A model generated the notes under the pieces. That model saw nothing but the letters and a program-made list of their open reading frames with translations. It did not search any database and was not told the DNA's origin. 64,000 nt of DNA. Origin: a virus. Lineage: Duplodnaviria > Caudoviricetes. The first letter of the stretch is position 1. Each line of letters opens with the position of its first letter. The position numbers and the translations under genes were made by a program. The stretch is from positions 32,001 to 96,000 of IMG/VR virus record IMGVR_UViG_3300021255_003058. The stretch is one strand, 5' to 3'. This document shows positions 1 to 11,400 of this stretch, one piece after another.

Positions 1-71
1 TGAAAAACAATAACATTGAAATTCCAGATATAATAGAACAATATGAATATAAGCATTTTAATGATAATGTT

Positions 72-344
72 GTGTATAATTTACCAGAAGAAATATATAT
101 AAAAATTGATAAATATTATACATATGATGAAATTTCTTTATTTAAAGAAAATGATATGAATATAATTGAAGAAAAAAAGAATATATTATTAAAATATTTT
201 AATAATTTGGGATTAGATTTTAAAAATATTATTTTATTTTTATTTAATAAGTATAATAGTAATATGACTATTGAGCCTATTCATTTAAGAGCAAATAAAA
301 ACGAAAAACTTTATAAAGTTTCATATAAATTTAACTTAATATAA
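72..344 (+). CDS. Hypothetical protein, probably the 3' part of a gene entering from the left edge
   Basis: ORF track; stop lies 1 nt before the next gene; no recognisable motif. Confidence 0.5.
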   Translation: MYNLPEEIYIKIDKYYTYDEISLFKENDMNIIEEKKNILLKYFNNLGLDFKNIILFLFNKYNSNMTIEPIHLRANKNEKLYKVSYKFNLI

Positions 345-345
345 A

Positions 346-3300
346 ATGATAAAAAATGTAAATTTATTACAAAATCCTGTAGAATATGATAAATATTTAG
401 AAGAATATCTTATACAAGCGTTGGCTAATCTTGGACAACGTATAGGTATTAAAGGTGATGGCATATCATATGAATATTTTACTTTTAGTGATTTATTAGG
501 AGATTCAATATCATATTATAATGCATCAAAAATAGGATTTGTTCAATATAAAAAATCAATTGATTCAGATAAATATGCTGCTAATTTTGGTATATGTGAT
601 TATGATCCTGAAACTGGTTCATTATTCAATTATAATAAATTATCTGAAAGTTTAGATATTAATGATATTTTATATTTTCCAAATGATTTGACTTTCGATA
701 TTACATTAGGTGGTATTGAAAAATATTCAAAAAATAGTATTTGTATTAATGATGGAAATGATATAACATTTATGCTTGTTGGAAAACTAATAGGTACAAA
801 TGATGATGAAGAACTTAATTCAATATTATATTATTATAAATTTGATATTAATTCTAATTTATTAAAATATGGGGCTAAAATATATCATGATAGTGATGAT
901 TGGTTTCATTTAATAACATTTGTTAATAAAACATATAAAAATAATAATTATAAGTCTAGTGCATTATCAAATGAATATGAAATGAATATACATATGTTTA
1001 ATGCGCAAAAATTAAAAGAATTAGATTTATTACTTAAAACAACACAAAGCAAATATTATAATAGTTTTATATCATTATTTAAATTTAGTAATTATAAATC
1101 AACAAATGAAATACCATTATCATTAATAAGACCAGAATTTAATGATATTAATGAATTATTAAATTATAGTGATGAAGAGTCATATCATTTTTCAACAAAT
1201 TCACCAATTGCTTTAATACTTAATTATTTACCAAATTCATTATATGATAAAAGAACTATTGATTTAATATATAATACAAGCAATAATGAATTTTTCTCTA
1301 TTGATTCAAATGAATTTGAAGATATAATATCAATGTTCAATTCTGAATATGGAATTAACTTAAATGAAGAATTAGTTCAATTAAATGAAGATTGCAATAA
1401 TTTATATTTTAATATCTTCAATTATTATAATGAAAAATATTATTTAGAAACAAAAGCTGGTTTTATTAAAAGAATATTGTCTAAATTATATGAAAAGATT
1501 TCTGATTACAACTATAATGATGAATTAATGTTATATATACCTTTAGATTATCAATTTCATTATATTTGCAATAGTAATAATAGTATGTATATATATTATT
1601 CTACTAATACATATGTTACATTTGTTAATTTAGACTCTATTAATACAAGTAATTTTTGGGATAATAATACAAATTTGATTTTTGATTATAATAGTGATGT
1701 AAGTAAAGTCAAAACATATAATTTTGAAATTAGTTATAATCGTAGTGATGATAAATTAATTAACTCTGTTGTAATCAAAGATATATTTACGATGCCTTAC
1801 ATTAATGCAAATAGTAATTGGAGTATTAATGATAAAGATACAAAAATTCAAGCAATTGGCAAAGACGCAGGTAATCCAAATATTATATTGATATATAATA
1901 AAGACAAGCAAAATCTTGGTTTAGATAATAGTTTCTATTTACTTAATGCAATATCAAACTATAAAGAAATATTAGGATCAACATTCAATAAGCAAGAGTT
2001 TAATGTTAATCCCGCATTATTTGAAAATACATATACAACAGATGTTAAATGTTGTTCTTATATTCCAGAAATTAATAAGAATAATTTTGAATACTTTAGA
2101 AATAGTATGATTATTAGTATTTCAGATTTAGATTGTTTATCTGATGAATCTATGAAAACATACTATAAAGGATCGTATATATTAACAATGTGGTGTGTTA
2201 AAGAAACATCAAATACTGATTATAAGTTTGAATGTATTAATCATATAAATACTAATTATGCATTAGCTTTAGGTTCAACAGTCAATCTAATTAATGCAAC
2301 TAGTGATTCATCTGTTGAAAACTTAAATGATCAAGATTTAATACTATTAAAAGCAATAATAACAGAATTAGCTCAAAATAGATTATCAATCAATGAAAAT
2401 AATTGGTTAATTATAAAGAATAAGCAATCAGAAGAATATTCTGCAATAAATGAAAACATTGGACAATATTTAAATGATCTTAATGCTATTATCCAATATA
2501 ATGATACTGTGAAACTAAATAATAATCATATACAACATTCACAGACAAATAAGTATATTAAATCATTAACTAATATTAAAACAACAAATTCTCTTTATCC
2601 TAAATATTATAAGACACAAACAACAATTTCTACTGTTAAACAAGATGTAATAAAAGAATTAAGAAATGTAGGAACAACAATTAATAATGTAAGAACATCT
2701 AAAGTTTATGTTGATGGATCACAAGTGCAAAATGTTGAATCATTAATACAAAATATTGAAAACAAATATGGTGAACAAAAAAGTATAATTGAACACGAAA
2801 TACAAATTGAGCAAATAGAAAAATCTAAATATAATTATAATGAATTTATATTTAATGAAAATATTCCTACATTAGATTTTGCTGAAATATTCAATAGAAA
2901 CTTTAATGTATTAAATAGATTAAATGTTGTTTCATTAGATAATAATGGAACTATTTATAATGCATATATTGGAACATCTTACGATGAACAAAATAAATCA
3001 ACATTACATATTGGTACAACAAATACTAATATTAATATTGGTAGTGAAACATTAGTTGATGAATTAGAAAAAACTAAATTTAATACGCATAATAATATTT
3101 CTATTGATTTTGAAAATATTATATTAAATGCAACTAAACAAGTAATAACAAAACAAAATATATTATATCAGGCAACTTTTAATAATATAACATATAATAT
3201 ATTATCAATTCCTTTAATTGGTATTTGTAGTGCTATGTATTCATCATCATTATTTACTACTGAAAATATTAGTTTATCAAATACATTATATATTAATGAT

Positions 3301-3648
3301 ATACCACAAATATCTAATTATAAATTATCTCTATATAATTTATTTAATACATATTTTAATGTTAACTTACCTAATAACGAAAAAAATATATCATTAAATA
3401 TATATAATATTAAAGATATTATATCATCAGTAAATCCTCAGTATAATGAAGATATGTATTTTATTTCTACGAAATATAATAACAATGATAGATTACATAT
3501 TTTATTTAGTAATAATATAATACAAAGTAATAATGTTGTTAATAGTAATGTTATATATGCTGGATATAAATTAAATATAATGTATTATGTTTCATATGAT
3601 AATAATGATAAGATAAGTAAGTATAATATTTATCTTTCTATCAGCTAA
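346..3648 (+). CDS. Large Asn/Ile-rich protein, possibly virion-associated
   Basis: 1100-aa ORF; one PYI..N.NW.IN..DT...A.G.D motif of the kind seen in phage fibre/structural proteins; function not assignable. Confidence 0.55.
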   Translation: MIKNVNLLQNPVEYDKYLEEYLIQALANLGQRIGIKGDGISYEYFTFSDLLGDSISYYNASKIGFVQYKKSIDSDKYAANFGICDYDPETGSLFNYNKLSESLDINDILYFPNDLTFDITLGGIEKYSKNSICINDGNDITFMLVGKLIGTNDDEELNSILYYYKFDINSNLLKYGAKIYHDSDDWFHLITFVNKTYKNNNYKSSALSNEYEMNIHMFNAQKLKELDLLLKTTQSKYYNSFISLFKFSNYKSTNEIPLSLIRPEFNDINELLNYSDEESYHFSTNSPIALILNYLPNSLYDKRTIDLIYNTSNNEFFSIDSNEFEDIISMFNSEYGINLNEELVQLNEDCNNLYFNIFNYYNEKYYLETKAGFIKRILSKLYEKISDYNYNDELMLYIPLDYQFHYICNSNNSMYIYYSTNTYVTFVNLDSINTSNFWDNNTNLIFDYNSDVSKVKTYNFEISYNRSDDKLINSVVIKDIFTMPYINANSNWSINDKDTKIQAIGKDAGNPNIILIYNKDKQNLGLDNSFYLLNAISNYKEILGSTFNKQEFNVNPALFENTYTTDVKCCSYIPEINKNNFEYFRNSMIISISDLDCLSDESMKTYYKGSYILTMWCVKETSNTDYKFECINHINTNYALALGSTVNLINATSDSSVENLNDQDLILLKAIITELAQNRLSINENNWLIIKNKQSEEYSAINENIGQYLNDLNAIIQYNDTVKLNNNHIQHSQTNKYIKSLTNIKTTNSLYPKYYKTQTTISTVKQDVIKELRNVGTTINNVRTSKVYVDGSQVQNVESLIQNIENKYGEQKSIIEHEIQIEQIEKSKYNYNEFIFNENIPTLDFAEIFNRNFNVLNRLNVVSLDNNGTIYNAYIGTSYDEQNKSTLHIGTTNTNINIGSETLVDELEKTKFNTHNNISIDFENIILNATKQVITKQNILYQATFNNITYNILSIPLIGICSAMYSSSLFTTENISLSNTLYINDIPQISNYKLSLYNLFNTYFNVNLPNNEKNISLNIYNIKDIISSVNPQYNEDMYFISTKYNNNDRLHILFSNNIIQSNNVVNSNVIYAGYKLNIMYYVSYDNNDKISKYNIYLSIS

Positions 3649-3669
3649 AAAAATAAATTATGCAGTAAA

Positions 3670-4203
3670 ATGAATTTAAAAACATTTATAGTATGTTTAG
3701 ATAAAAGAAAAGCATTAAATATAGCAAAAGATATCATTAAAGTAAATGATGAGTTATCAATTATTCCAAGATTTACAACAGATATTGAATATAAAAATGA
3801 AGTTAATGAAAACTATATTTATTATCTTGATGTAAACACTGTTAATTTATCATATAAAAATAATGCTCTTTTATATATAAAAACAGATAAATACATATCA
3901 ACAGGAATAACTATTGATGACTTTTATAATAATGATATATGCTATATGAATATTGAAGAATTTAATTTAATTCCTGAAATAATATTTAAGAAATATGACA
4001 TATTAATTATTTGGGTTGATACAAAGAATCATAAATACATATCAAATTCAGACTTAATAGAAATTGATTATTTTAATGCATTTATTAATACAACAAATTA
4101 TTTATATTTTTTAGAAGATGAAATTGAAATTCATAATATTATACTTGAATATATTTTTGGAAATGAAGAAAAAAGAAAGTATTTACTAGAAGAAAATAAT
4201 TAA
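3670..4203 (+). CDS. Degenerate guanylate-kinase-like protein
   Basis: RFTT..EY.NEV....YYLD segment resembles the Gmk NMP-binding region, but the N-terminal P-loop is absent (IVCLDKRK). Confidence 0.45.
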   Translation: MNLKTFIVCLDKRKALNIAKDIIKVNDELSIIPRFTTDIEYKNEVNENYIYYLDVNTVNLSYKNNALLYIKTDKYISTGITIDDFYNNDICYMNIEEFNLIPEIIFKKYDILIIWVDTKNHKYISNSDLIEIDYFNAFINTTNYLYFLEDEIEIHNIILEYIFGNEEKRKYLLEENN

Positions 4204-4294
4204 TAAAATTTAACAAAATATATAATATATTTGAATTAAAAAATAAATATTATCTATATTTTTGTATAAATAAACATATAAGATTAATATAAAG

Positions 4295-4909
4295 ATGGCA
4301 GAATATCAACCAACACCTTTTGAAGGTAAGGTACAAGGACGTGAATTTGAACCTGGATCTGATGGTAGTGGCATGGGTATTGAAGGTATATGGATGAATA
4401 GACAAACTGGTCAAAAAATTCGTATCAATCAAACCGTACAAGATGGTAATAATATGATAATTATAACAGATAAAGGTCAGCTTCCAATGGAAATCTTTTC
4501 ACGTGATTATATACAAGTTTCTGATGATATATATGATGATTCAGGAAAAGTTGTTGGAAAAGCTGAACCAACAAGTGATGATGTTACAGCAATTGCTGAA
4601 TATGAAAAGGAATTTGGAGTTGACCCTTTAGTTCCACAAGCAACATCAGCACCTATCAATAATGAACAAATAATCAAAAAGGTATTTGATAAATTAACAT
4701 CAGTACCTAAAATTGAAGTAAATGTAAAATGGGATGATTTTCCTGAAGCTCAAATTAATACATTAGTTGAATTTCTTGATGTAAAATTTGAAGACATTTC
4801 TGCTTATATCATCAAAAAATATGTAAATGTTGAAGTATTGGCTTTAGAATTAACAGATATTCTTAAAGAAAAATTACACAAAAATATTGAAGATACAATT
4901 GATGAGTAA
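4295..4909 (+). CDS. Hypothetical protein (acidic)
   Basis: 204-aa ORF with plausible composition, preceded by a promoter-like TTGAAT..CTATATT at 4231-4260. Confidence 0.7.
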   Translation: MAEYQPTPFEGKVQGREFEPGSDGSGMGIEGIWMNRQTGQKIRINQTVQDGNNMIIITDKGQLPMEIFSRDYIQVSDDIYDDSGKVVGKAEPTSDDVTAIAEYEKEFGVDPLVPQATSAPINNEQIIKKVFDKLTSVPKIEVNVKWDDFPEAQINTLVEFLDVKFEDISAYIIKKYVNVEVLALELTDILKEKLHKNIEDTIDE

Positions 4910-5147
4910 GGAAAATGAAAAAATTCTTGTAGAGACATTTTTAGGATTAAATGACAATATATCAAAGGCACAACAATATATAAAAGAAAATTATCATATT
5001 AATAGTGAATATTCTGAAGAAGATGATATATTGTATATTTGGTCTCCTAATGTAAATGAAAGCTTGAACCTTGCAGCTGCTAAGGAATATGTTCAAGAAA
5101 CAATTGGGGATGAATTTATTAATGTAATCTACGGAAAGAAGCAGTAA
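4887..5147 (+). CDS. Hypothetical protein (likely start Met at 4902)
   Basis: Coupled to the upstream gene by stop/start overlap. Confidence 0.6.
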   Translation: MKIQLMSKENEKILVETFLGLNDNISKAQQYIKENYHINSEYSEEDDILYIWSPNVNESLNLAAAKEYVQETIGDEFINVIYGKKQ

Positions 5148-5230
5148 ATCATTCCTGTATTGCGGTCTATATTCATTCATAATATAATTTAATTATTTTA
5201 ATATTTGACCGTGCTAAAGGAAAGAATAAC

Positions 5231-5259
5231 AATAGCTAGGAAGATATTTCCTAGCTATT
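5231..5259. terminator. Bidirectional intrinsic terminator
   Basis: AATAGCTAGGAA-GATAT-TTCCTAGCTATT, a perfect 12-bp stem between convergent genes. Confidence 0.8.
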
Positions 5260-5293
5260 ATTGCTTTTATTTTATTTAATAATTATTAACAGA

Positions 5294-6361
5294 TTATATT
5301 ATATCTAATATTCCATTTAATTTGTTACTTTTTGCTTGAATTTGACTTTCTGCTATTGATGTATCTTTGCATATTTTATAATCATGATATTTTTCAAAAA
5401 TATCTAAAATTTCTTGTGGATATGAATCTTTTTCTAATGCAACGAGCATTCTATTATATTTGAAATGCTTTATAATATCTGATTCTGATTTATTAATTCT
5501 TCCTATGTAATTTTTTGAATTAATAAGATTATGAATATATTTGTTTATTTCATTGTCATCATTATAGTTTAATGAATAATCAATATCTTTTGATGCAACT
5601 TTAAATAATCGTTCTGATTTTGTTTTTGACGTTCTTAATATTATTGGATATATATTATCTCCTTTATCTCCTCTTATAATTTTGTCAATAATAATATTAG
5701 ATGGATCAATTTTTGTTACTTCATTTGATTTATTAATTAAGTTATTTAATATGTCTTCATTAATATTAAATTCTGTATTAAACAAAAAATTAAATTCTTC
5801 TTCTGGAAAATCTTTTATAAATAATCCATTTTGAGAATTCCACCATGCTGTAAAACATTTATTAGAATCTATATTCACTAATTGCTTAAGATCATTATCT
5901 TTAGTCCAAATAATACAATTAGTGCCTTGTGAATTAAGATATGTTGACCAATGATAACACCAATCATCTCCTTCAACTCCTTGCTCTTGACATGCAGTAA
6001 TTCCATTACTTTGTAATGTCGTTATAAATTCATCATAAGAATTAAATAATAATTCCCAGTTTATATCTGATGATCTTACACGATTTCCCTTATATTCTAC
6101 TGATTGATCTTCTGATGTTTTTTCTTTATATAAAAAATCTGGTACTTCAATAGAATTTCTCCAAGAACCGCCATCAGCAACAAAAATAATATTATCAATA
6201 TCTACAAATGTACGAAGTACAACATTTATAGATTTAATAAGCATTAGTTTAAGTTCTTGATTTAATTCATATTCATCAATATAACGATTATTTAATACTG
6301 AAAGTCTACTCATCAAAAGCCAGTTTCCATCAACAATTAATGTTAATTTACTTTTAGGCAT
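5294..6361 (-). CDS. rnh: 5'-3' exonuclease / T4 RNase H-like (FEN/PIN family)
   Basis: Motifs LIVDGN, YKGNR, EGDD, TKDNDLKQL, RGDKGDNI. Confidence 0.9.
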   Translation of the reverse strand: MPKSKLTLIVDGNWLLMSRLSVLNNRYIDEYELNQELKLMLIKSINVVLRTFVDIDNIIFVADGGSWRNSIEVPDFLYKEKTSEDQSVEYKGNRVRSSDINWELLFNSYDEFITTLQSNGITACQEQGVEGDDWCYHWSTYLNSQGTNCIIWTKDNDLKQLVNIDSNKCFTAWWNSQNGLFIKDFPEEEFNFLFNTEFNINEDILNNLINKSNEVTKIDPSNIIIDKIIRGDKGDNIYPIILRTSKTKSERLFKVASKDIDYSLNYNDDNEINKYIHNLINSKNYIGRINKSESDIIKHFKYNRMLVALEKDSYPQEILDIFEKYHDYKICKDTSIAESQIQAKSNKLNGILDII

Positions 6362-6421
6362 ATTTATGAAAGTATATATTTATATAAAAATAGTAAACAT
6401 GCCTTATATAATAAAACATAT

Positions 6422-7513
6422 TTACTCATTATTTAATTTGTTATTTATATTACACCAGTTTGCACATTCTATGCCATTATTAAAAACAGCTAATGTTAAA
6501 AATTTATTCCCAAACAAATCATTTCCTTTGAATTCATGTAAAAATGATTTATACGAATATTCTACATTGCTTTTAAGAGGAGAATGTGTAACATATACAG
6601 GTTTCATAAACTTAATCGTATAATACTTTGTTACATTAACAATACAAGGAATATAATATATGTTATCTCTTTTTCTTGATAAAAAAACAACATTATATTC
6701 TTTATTGATTTCTAAATCTTTAAGTTCAATAAAATTCATATTAATATATTTAATCTTTCTTGAATCTCTGTGTTGTAAACCAAGGACCAAGTTTAGCAAC
6801 CCACTTCATATATTTCATAAATGCCTCATCATTTTCATCAAAAATTTTAACATAAGGATTATCAGCAAAATACTTATTAAACTCTTCAGTATCCCATGAC
6901 CAAACAGAACCGTAAACATTTCCAGTATAAGAATGACTAATTCCAATTTCTAACCATTCCTGGTCTAATATCTTAGTATTTGGTTTGTCCATGAAAAGAA
7001 AACGAACAGCATTATCGGTACTAAGCCATTCAATAAGATCTGGATTAAATTTGATTACTGCACTCTTTGGCATTACATAACCTTTACGATCAACATAACA
7101 ATTATATGGAAGCTTACTCATAATTAAAAAATATATCCTTTTTCGTTTAACATTGACTGATACTTGAGATAAATTTCTTTTGCAATATCTCCCGTTGTCT
7201 TATGAATATAATCTTCTGTTTGATAATATCCAGTTGTAACAACCTTCTTTGATTTACTTTCAATAATTTTATATTGATAAGAATGTGATTGTGGATTCCA
7301 ACAGCAATTGATTTTTATCTTCTTCATATTAAAAAATATTTGATATTATTAACGATATTTTTCTATTTCTTTCTTAACTTCTCGTTTTGAATCTGTCTCA
7401 TATAAAACTTTGCATTTAGAAGCAATTAATTCATATTCCCAATCAGTTAAAATGCAGATTTCAGTTAAACCGTTTGGTAAAGTAACTTCTCCAATACAAC
7501 ATTTATGAGTCAT
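6422..7513 (-). other. Block of four small hypothetical genes (6422-6799, 6750-7121, 7124-7327, 7349-7513)
   Basis: Tightly packed co-oriented ORFs downstream of the promoter at 7576-7603; the 54-aa ORF at 7349-7513 was read by hand. Confidence 0.65.
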
Positions 7514-7530
7514 ATTTAATATATTTATTG

Positions 7531-7603
7531 ATTACAAATATAATGAATGTTTTATGTTACCATCCATACATAAATAATATAGAACATATATTAAAAAATT
7601 AAA
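7531..7603 (-). promoter_or_regulatory. Conserved early-type promoter with type-A leader hairpin
   Basis: TTTAAT-N15-CTATATT followed by ATGGATG-GTAACATAAAA-CATTCAT; about 59 bp identical to 56233-56291. Confidence 0.75.
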
Positions 7604-7633
7604 TATTATATGAAAAATATTAAGATAAAAAAT

Positions 7634-7651
7634 GCAGGTATTTCTACCTGC
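7634..7651 (-). terminator. Intrinsic terminator
   Basis: GCAGGTA-TTTC-TACCTGC stem with a T-run on the minus strand, after 7677-7871. Confidence 0.7.
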
Positions 7652-7676
7652 CTATACTACATTTGAGTTTTCAAAT

Positions 7677-7871
7677 TTACTCAGCAACTACTGTAGTATC
7701 TACTGCAATTGTGTCTGCAACAACTGAGTCTACTGCTGTGCTATCTACAAGTACAGTATCAACTTTTGTGCTATCTGCATCTGTTGCTGTTCCAGCTCCA
7801 CATCCATTACAAGATGAAACTGAGAAACCTAACATCATTGCAAAAATTAAAGCAAAAATTGTCTTTTTCAT
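7677..7871 (-). CDS. Small lipoprotein with DS/DT-rich low-complexity tail
   Basis: MKK + hydrophobic stretch + VSSC lipobox; repeated DST/VDT/VDS motifs typical of Bacteroidota small lipoproteins. Confidence 0.75.
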   Translation of the reverse strand: MKKTIFALIFAMMLGFSVSSCNGCGAGTATDADSTKVDTVLVDSTAVDSVVADTIAVDTTVVAE

Positions 7872-7962
7872 TTTACGATTTGTTATATTTAAGTTAATAA
7901 AATAATTAAACGAATTATAAATAGTTCTTAACTATTATATATTCAATAAATAATAATATTTT

Positions 7963-8436
7963 TTATCGTCTTCCGCCAAAATTTCTATGATTATTGTGAT
8001 TTCTGTTAATATTCGAACGATTATTCCTTATTGGGGGTGTTACTCTGTTATGAAAACCTCTATTATGATGTCTATCTGGTCTATTAAATCCTCTATAATG
8101 ACCAGGTCTAAATCTATAGTCATATCTATGAGGTCTAAAATATGGTGGTCTATCAAAGTGAATAAAAGGACGTCTATATGCTCTTACATACCAATAATTA
8201 TTATAATAGAATGGATAGTAATATATATCTCTATAAATATAATATAATAATAGACCATCTCTATAATAAGGTGTTCCATATTGCATAATTACATCAAAAG
8301 ATACATTTGAACGAACAATATCTATTTCAGTTTCTGTATAAATATCGTCTTGTGTAGTTGCATATGTATATGTTTCACATGAACTTAATGAAAATATCAT
8401 CATTAAGCCAATTATTAAAATATATAATTTTTTCAT
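7963..8436 (-). CDS. Lipoprotein with Tyr-rich core and Arg/His/Asn-rich tail
   Basis: MKKLYILIIGLMMIFSLSSC lipoprotein signal; C-terminus NFGGRR. Confidence 0.7.
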   Translation of the reverse strand: MKKLYILIIGLMMIFSLSSCETYTYATTQDDIYTETEIDIVRSNVSFDVIMQYGTPYYRDGLLLYYIYRDIYYYPFYYNNYWYVRAYRRPFIHFDRPPYFRPHRYDYRFRPGHYRGFNRPDRHHNRGFHNRVTPPIRNNRSNINRNHNNHRNFGGRR

Positions 8437-8444
8437 AATAAATA

Positions 8445-11400
8445 TTAACTTAATTTTGTTGCTAATATTTTAGCTCGTTCAATTGCAGCATCTGCTAATT
8501 GTGATGCTGATTTAGATGTATGATCAAAATCTGAATTTACATATAAGCGAATAGCAATATCCTGAATCATCTTTTTTGGATCATTATTTAACGCTTTTAT
8601 AATTTGATCAAGTTTTTGATTAGTTTCAGTTAAATCTATACTAGTTCCTTCTGGTCCAGATTCAGCCATGTTTATTTAAAAATATTATATTTCTTCTGTA
8701 ATAAATTTTTCTAAAGGATTAAATTTAAGTTTAATAAAATTATTATAATATTCTTTCATTTCATTATAATCTTTAATCGTCTTTATATTTTTTAAATCAT
8801 TTTTCTTTAATGCATCATATCTACAACTAAAGTATTCCCATTTTTTATCATTTATTAAATCAATAAGATTTCTATAAATATATTGATAAAGTTTATCATC
8901 TGAATAATCTATACAATATTTATTGAATGTTTTTCCTGTTTCAGTATTATATAATACATATCCATACCATCCTGTATCTCGAGACGTTATAGAATAGTAT
9001 ATAAATAATTTATTATACTTTCCAGGATTCCATTTGTTGTAAGTAAGATCATAAATTAAACAATTAGTCTTTGCTCTATTAAAACGTTCTTGTTCTTCTA
9101 CACTTATTTTATTATTTTTTTCATTTAATGATGTAATTATAGCATATGATGAAAATTTTGCATAATCAATCATTCTGCCACTACTAAATAATCCTTGTAA
9201 AATAAGTGCTCCTTTTTGTTTGAAATTATCAAATTCCTGGTAATTAATTGCTAAATTTAATTCGTAATTCATATATTAAGTTTTATAATTTTATTCTCTT
9301 TCATTTAACAGATTTTCTAATTGGAAAATTATCCAATCACTATTTTCAATTGAAATATTATCTGTCTTTTGAAGTTCACTTCTAATATAATTGATTACGG
9401 TACTCTTAATTACACGTTTAGGATATTTCTCTTGAATTTTATCATATATATCAAGTACAGTATCATCAATCCCCATAATTGATATATCCTCTTTATATTC
9501 CTCATGATATGCACTTTTATAAAGATATAAGAAATGATTTAATAGATATTCTTTATAAAAGAGACTTTCAGAAGGTTTCATATCTTTAAGTTTCAAAAAA
9601 TCTTGAATATTTAATTTATCTTCTTGATAATGTTCTTTACCTTCACTATCAAGATAATACTTAAAAAATGAAAACCATGCATCAGTATATTTATCTTTAT
9701 TAATAACTGTATGCATCAAATAATCAATAAAGTCTGGATTGGTTTCCAAAGCTTCATATATATCTTGTTGTCCATCCCAATAAAATAATATTGGAGTACC
9801 GTTTTTATTTATAATTTTATCATTTGAAATAACATTAATTGCTACTAATGATTCACTCATAAATTCCATTAATAATTTTGTATCTGTAATATAGTTAATA
9901 TGTGTTAATTTTTAAAATTTAATTCCATCATAATTTACGAAATTATATATTGCATCTTCTACATAATATTGTCCGTATTTTTTCATTAACTCATATTTGT
10001 TTTCTGTAATTGAACTTGGTTCAGCAATAAACATAATATTATCTAATGGAACATATCTAAATCTTGCTTTACCTTCTTTATTAAAGTAAAATATTTCTAC
10101 AATTTGCATTTTTTTCCAAGGATGTCCATTATTAGTTCTTTCAATTAATGACAAAACTTTAACTTTTATTTCATCATCAACTTTAGCATTTTCAAACCAA
10201 ATTGCATTATCATTTTCAAATTTTAATTCTTGTGTACGGCAAAACTTATTATCATACCAAGCTTTGAAATTTTCTTTATTATCCCACAATTCATTTTCTT
10301 TATACCAATTACCACATATAAGATATTCAATTGTAGGACTCATATAATCACTTGGACCCATATATGTAATATGAATCTTTATTTCACTAATATGCCCATG
10401 CTTAGGTGTTTGTTTGTTTTTATGAATATACCAAACATCTTCTCCAATTTTATATAAAAAACAAACTGCGTGCTCCATAGTTAATCTAAATTAAAAAGTT
10501 GGTCTTCAGTTACATTATAACCACCATCTCTATCTACACAACAAATATTAAATGGATTTTTGCATTCTTGTATTTTTTGAATTAACTTAAGTTTTAATTC
10601 ATCAATTTTCTGTTGTGTAAAATATTTTTCTTGTACTAATTCTTCCTGTTTATCATATTCTTTATACCAATCTTCTTCAGTAGCTTCTTTTCCTAATAAT
10701 GGTAAGTCAGGAAATGGTTTTGTATAAACAGTTATATCATCTAATTCTAATTCATTTTTTAATGATATTCTAAATCTGAATACATCATTATCTACATATT
10801 CTTTATTCATCTTTAATAATTCCAAATAGTTTTAAGTTGTTTTCAATATCCTTTTCAATTTTTTCTAATCGTTCATCAATATCACCCCAAAAATGTGAGC
10901 CACAAAAATCATTAACTAAAGGATTTTTTAGAAATTCTGTCTTTTTACGAATTTCTATGATTTCATTTAATACTTCAATATCTCTAATCATTACTCAATA
11001 AGTTTAAAGTTTTTATCAAAATCTTCTTCTTGTATATAAATATAATCATCCCACCCTCCATTTTGATATACTTGATAATAGAGTGGAAAAATATCTACTT
11101 GATATTCTCTTCCTTTATGAAATATCAAATCTTCAATTTCATAGTCTTCAGTACAGACACAAGTACGTTCAAACTTCATATTCTTCCTTTTCTTTTTTAT
11201 CTGTATTAATAATTATTGTTTTCTTTGGTCCATGTATTGCTTCACCCATTGCTCCTAATATCCAGCAAAGACCACAAACCAAAAAGAATGTAGTCCAAGG
11301 ATATTCATTTACAAGTTCAAAAAATTCACGCATAATCAAAAGAATGTTTTAAATATTTTCTGTTCATTAGAATCTATAATTTCTCCTTCAAGTTTAAGAG

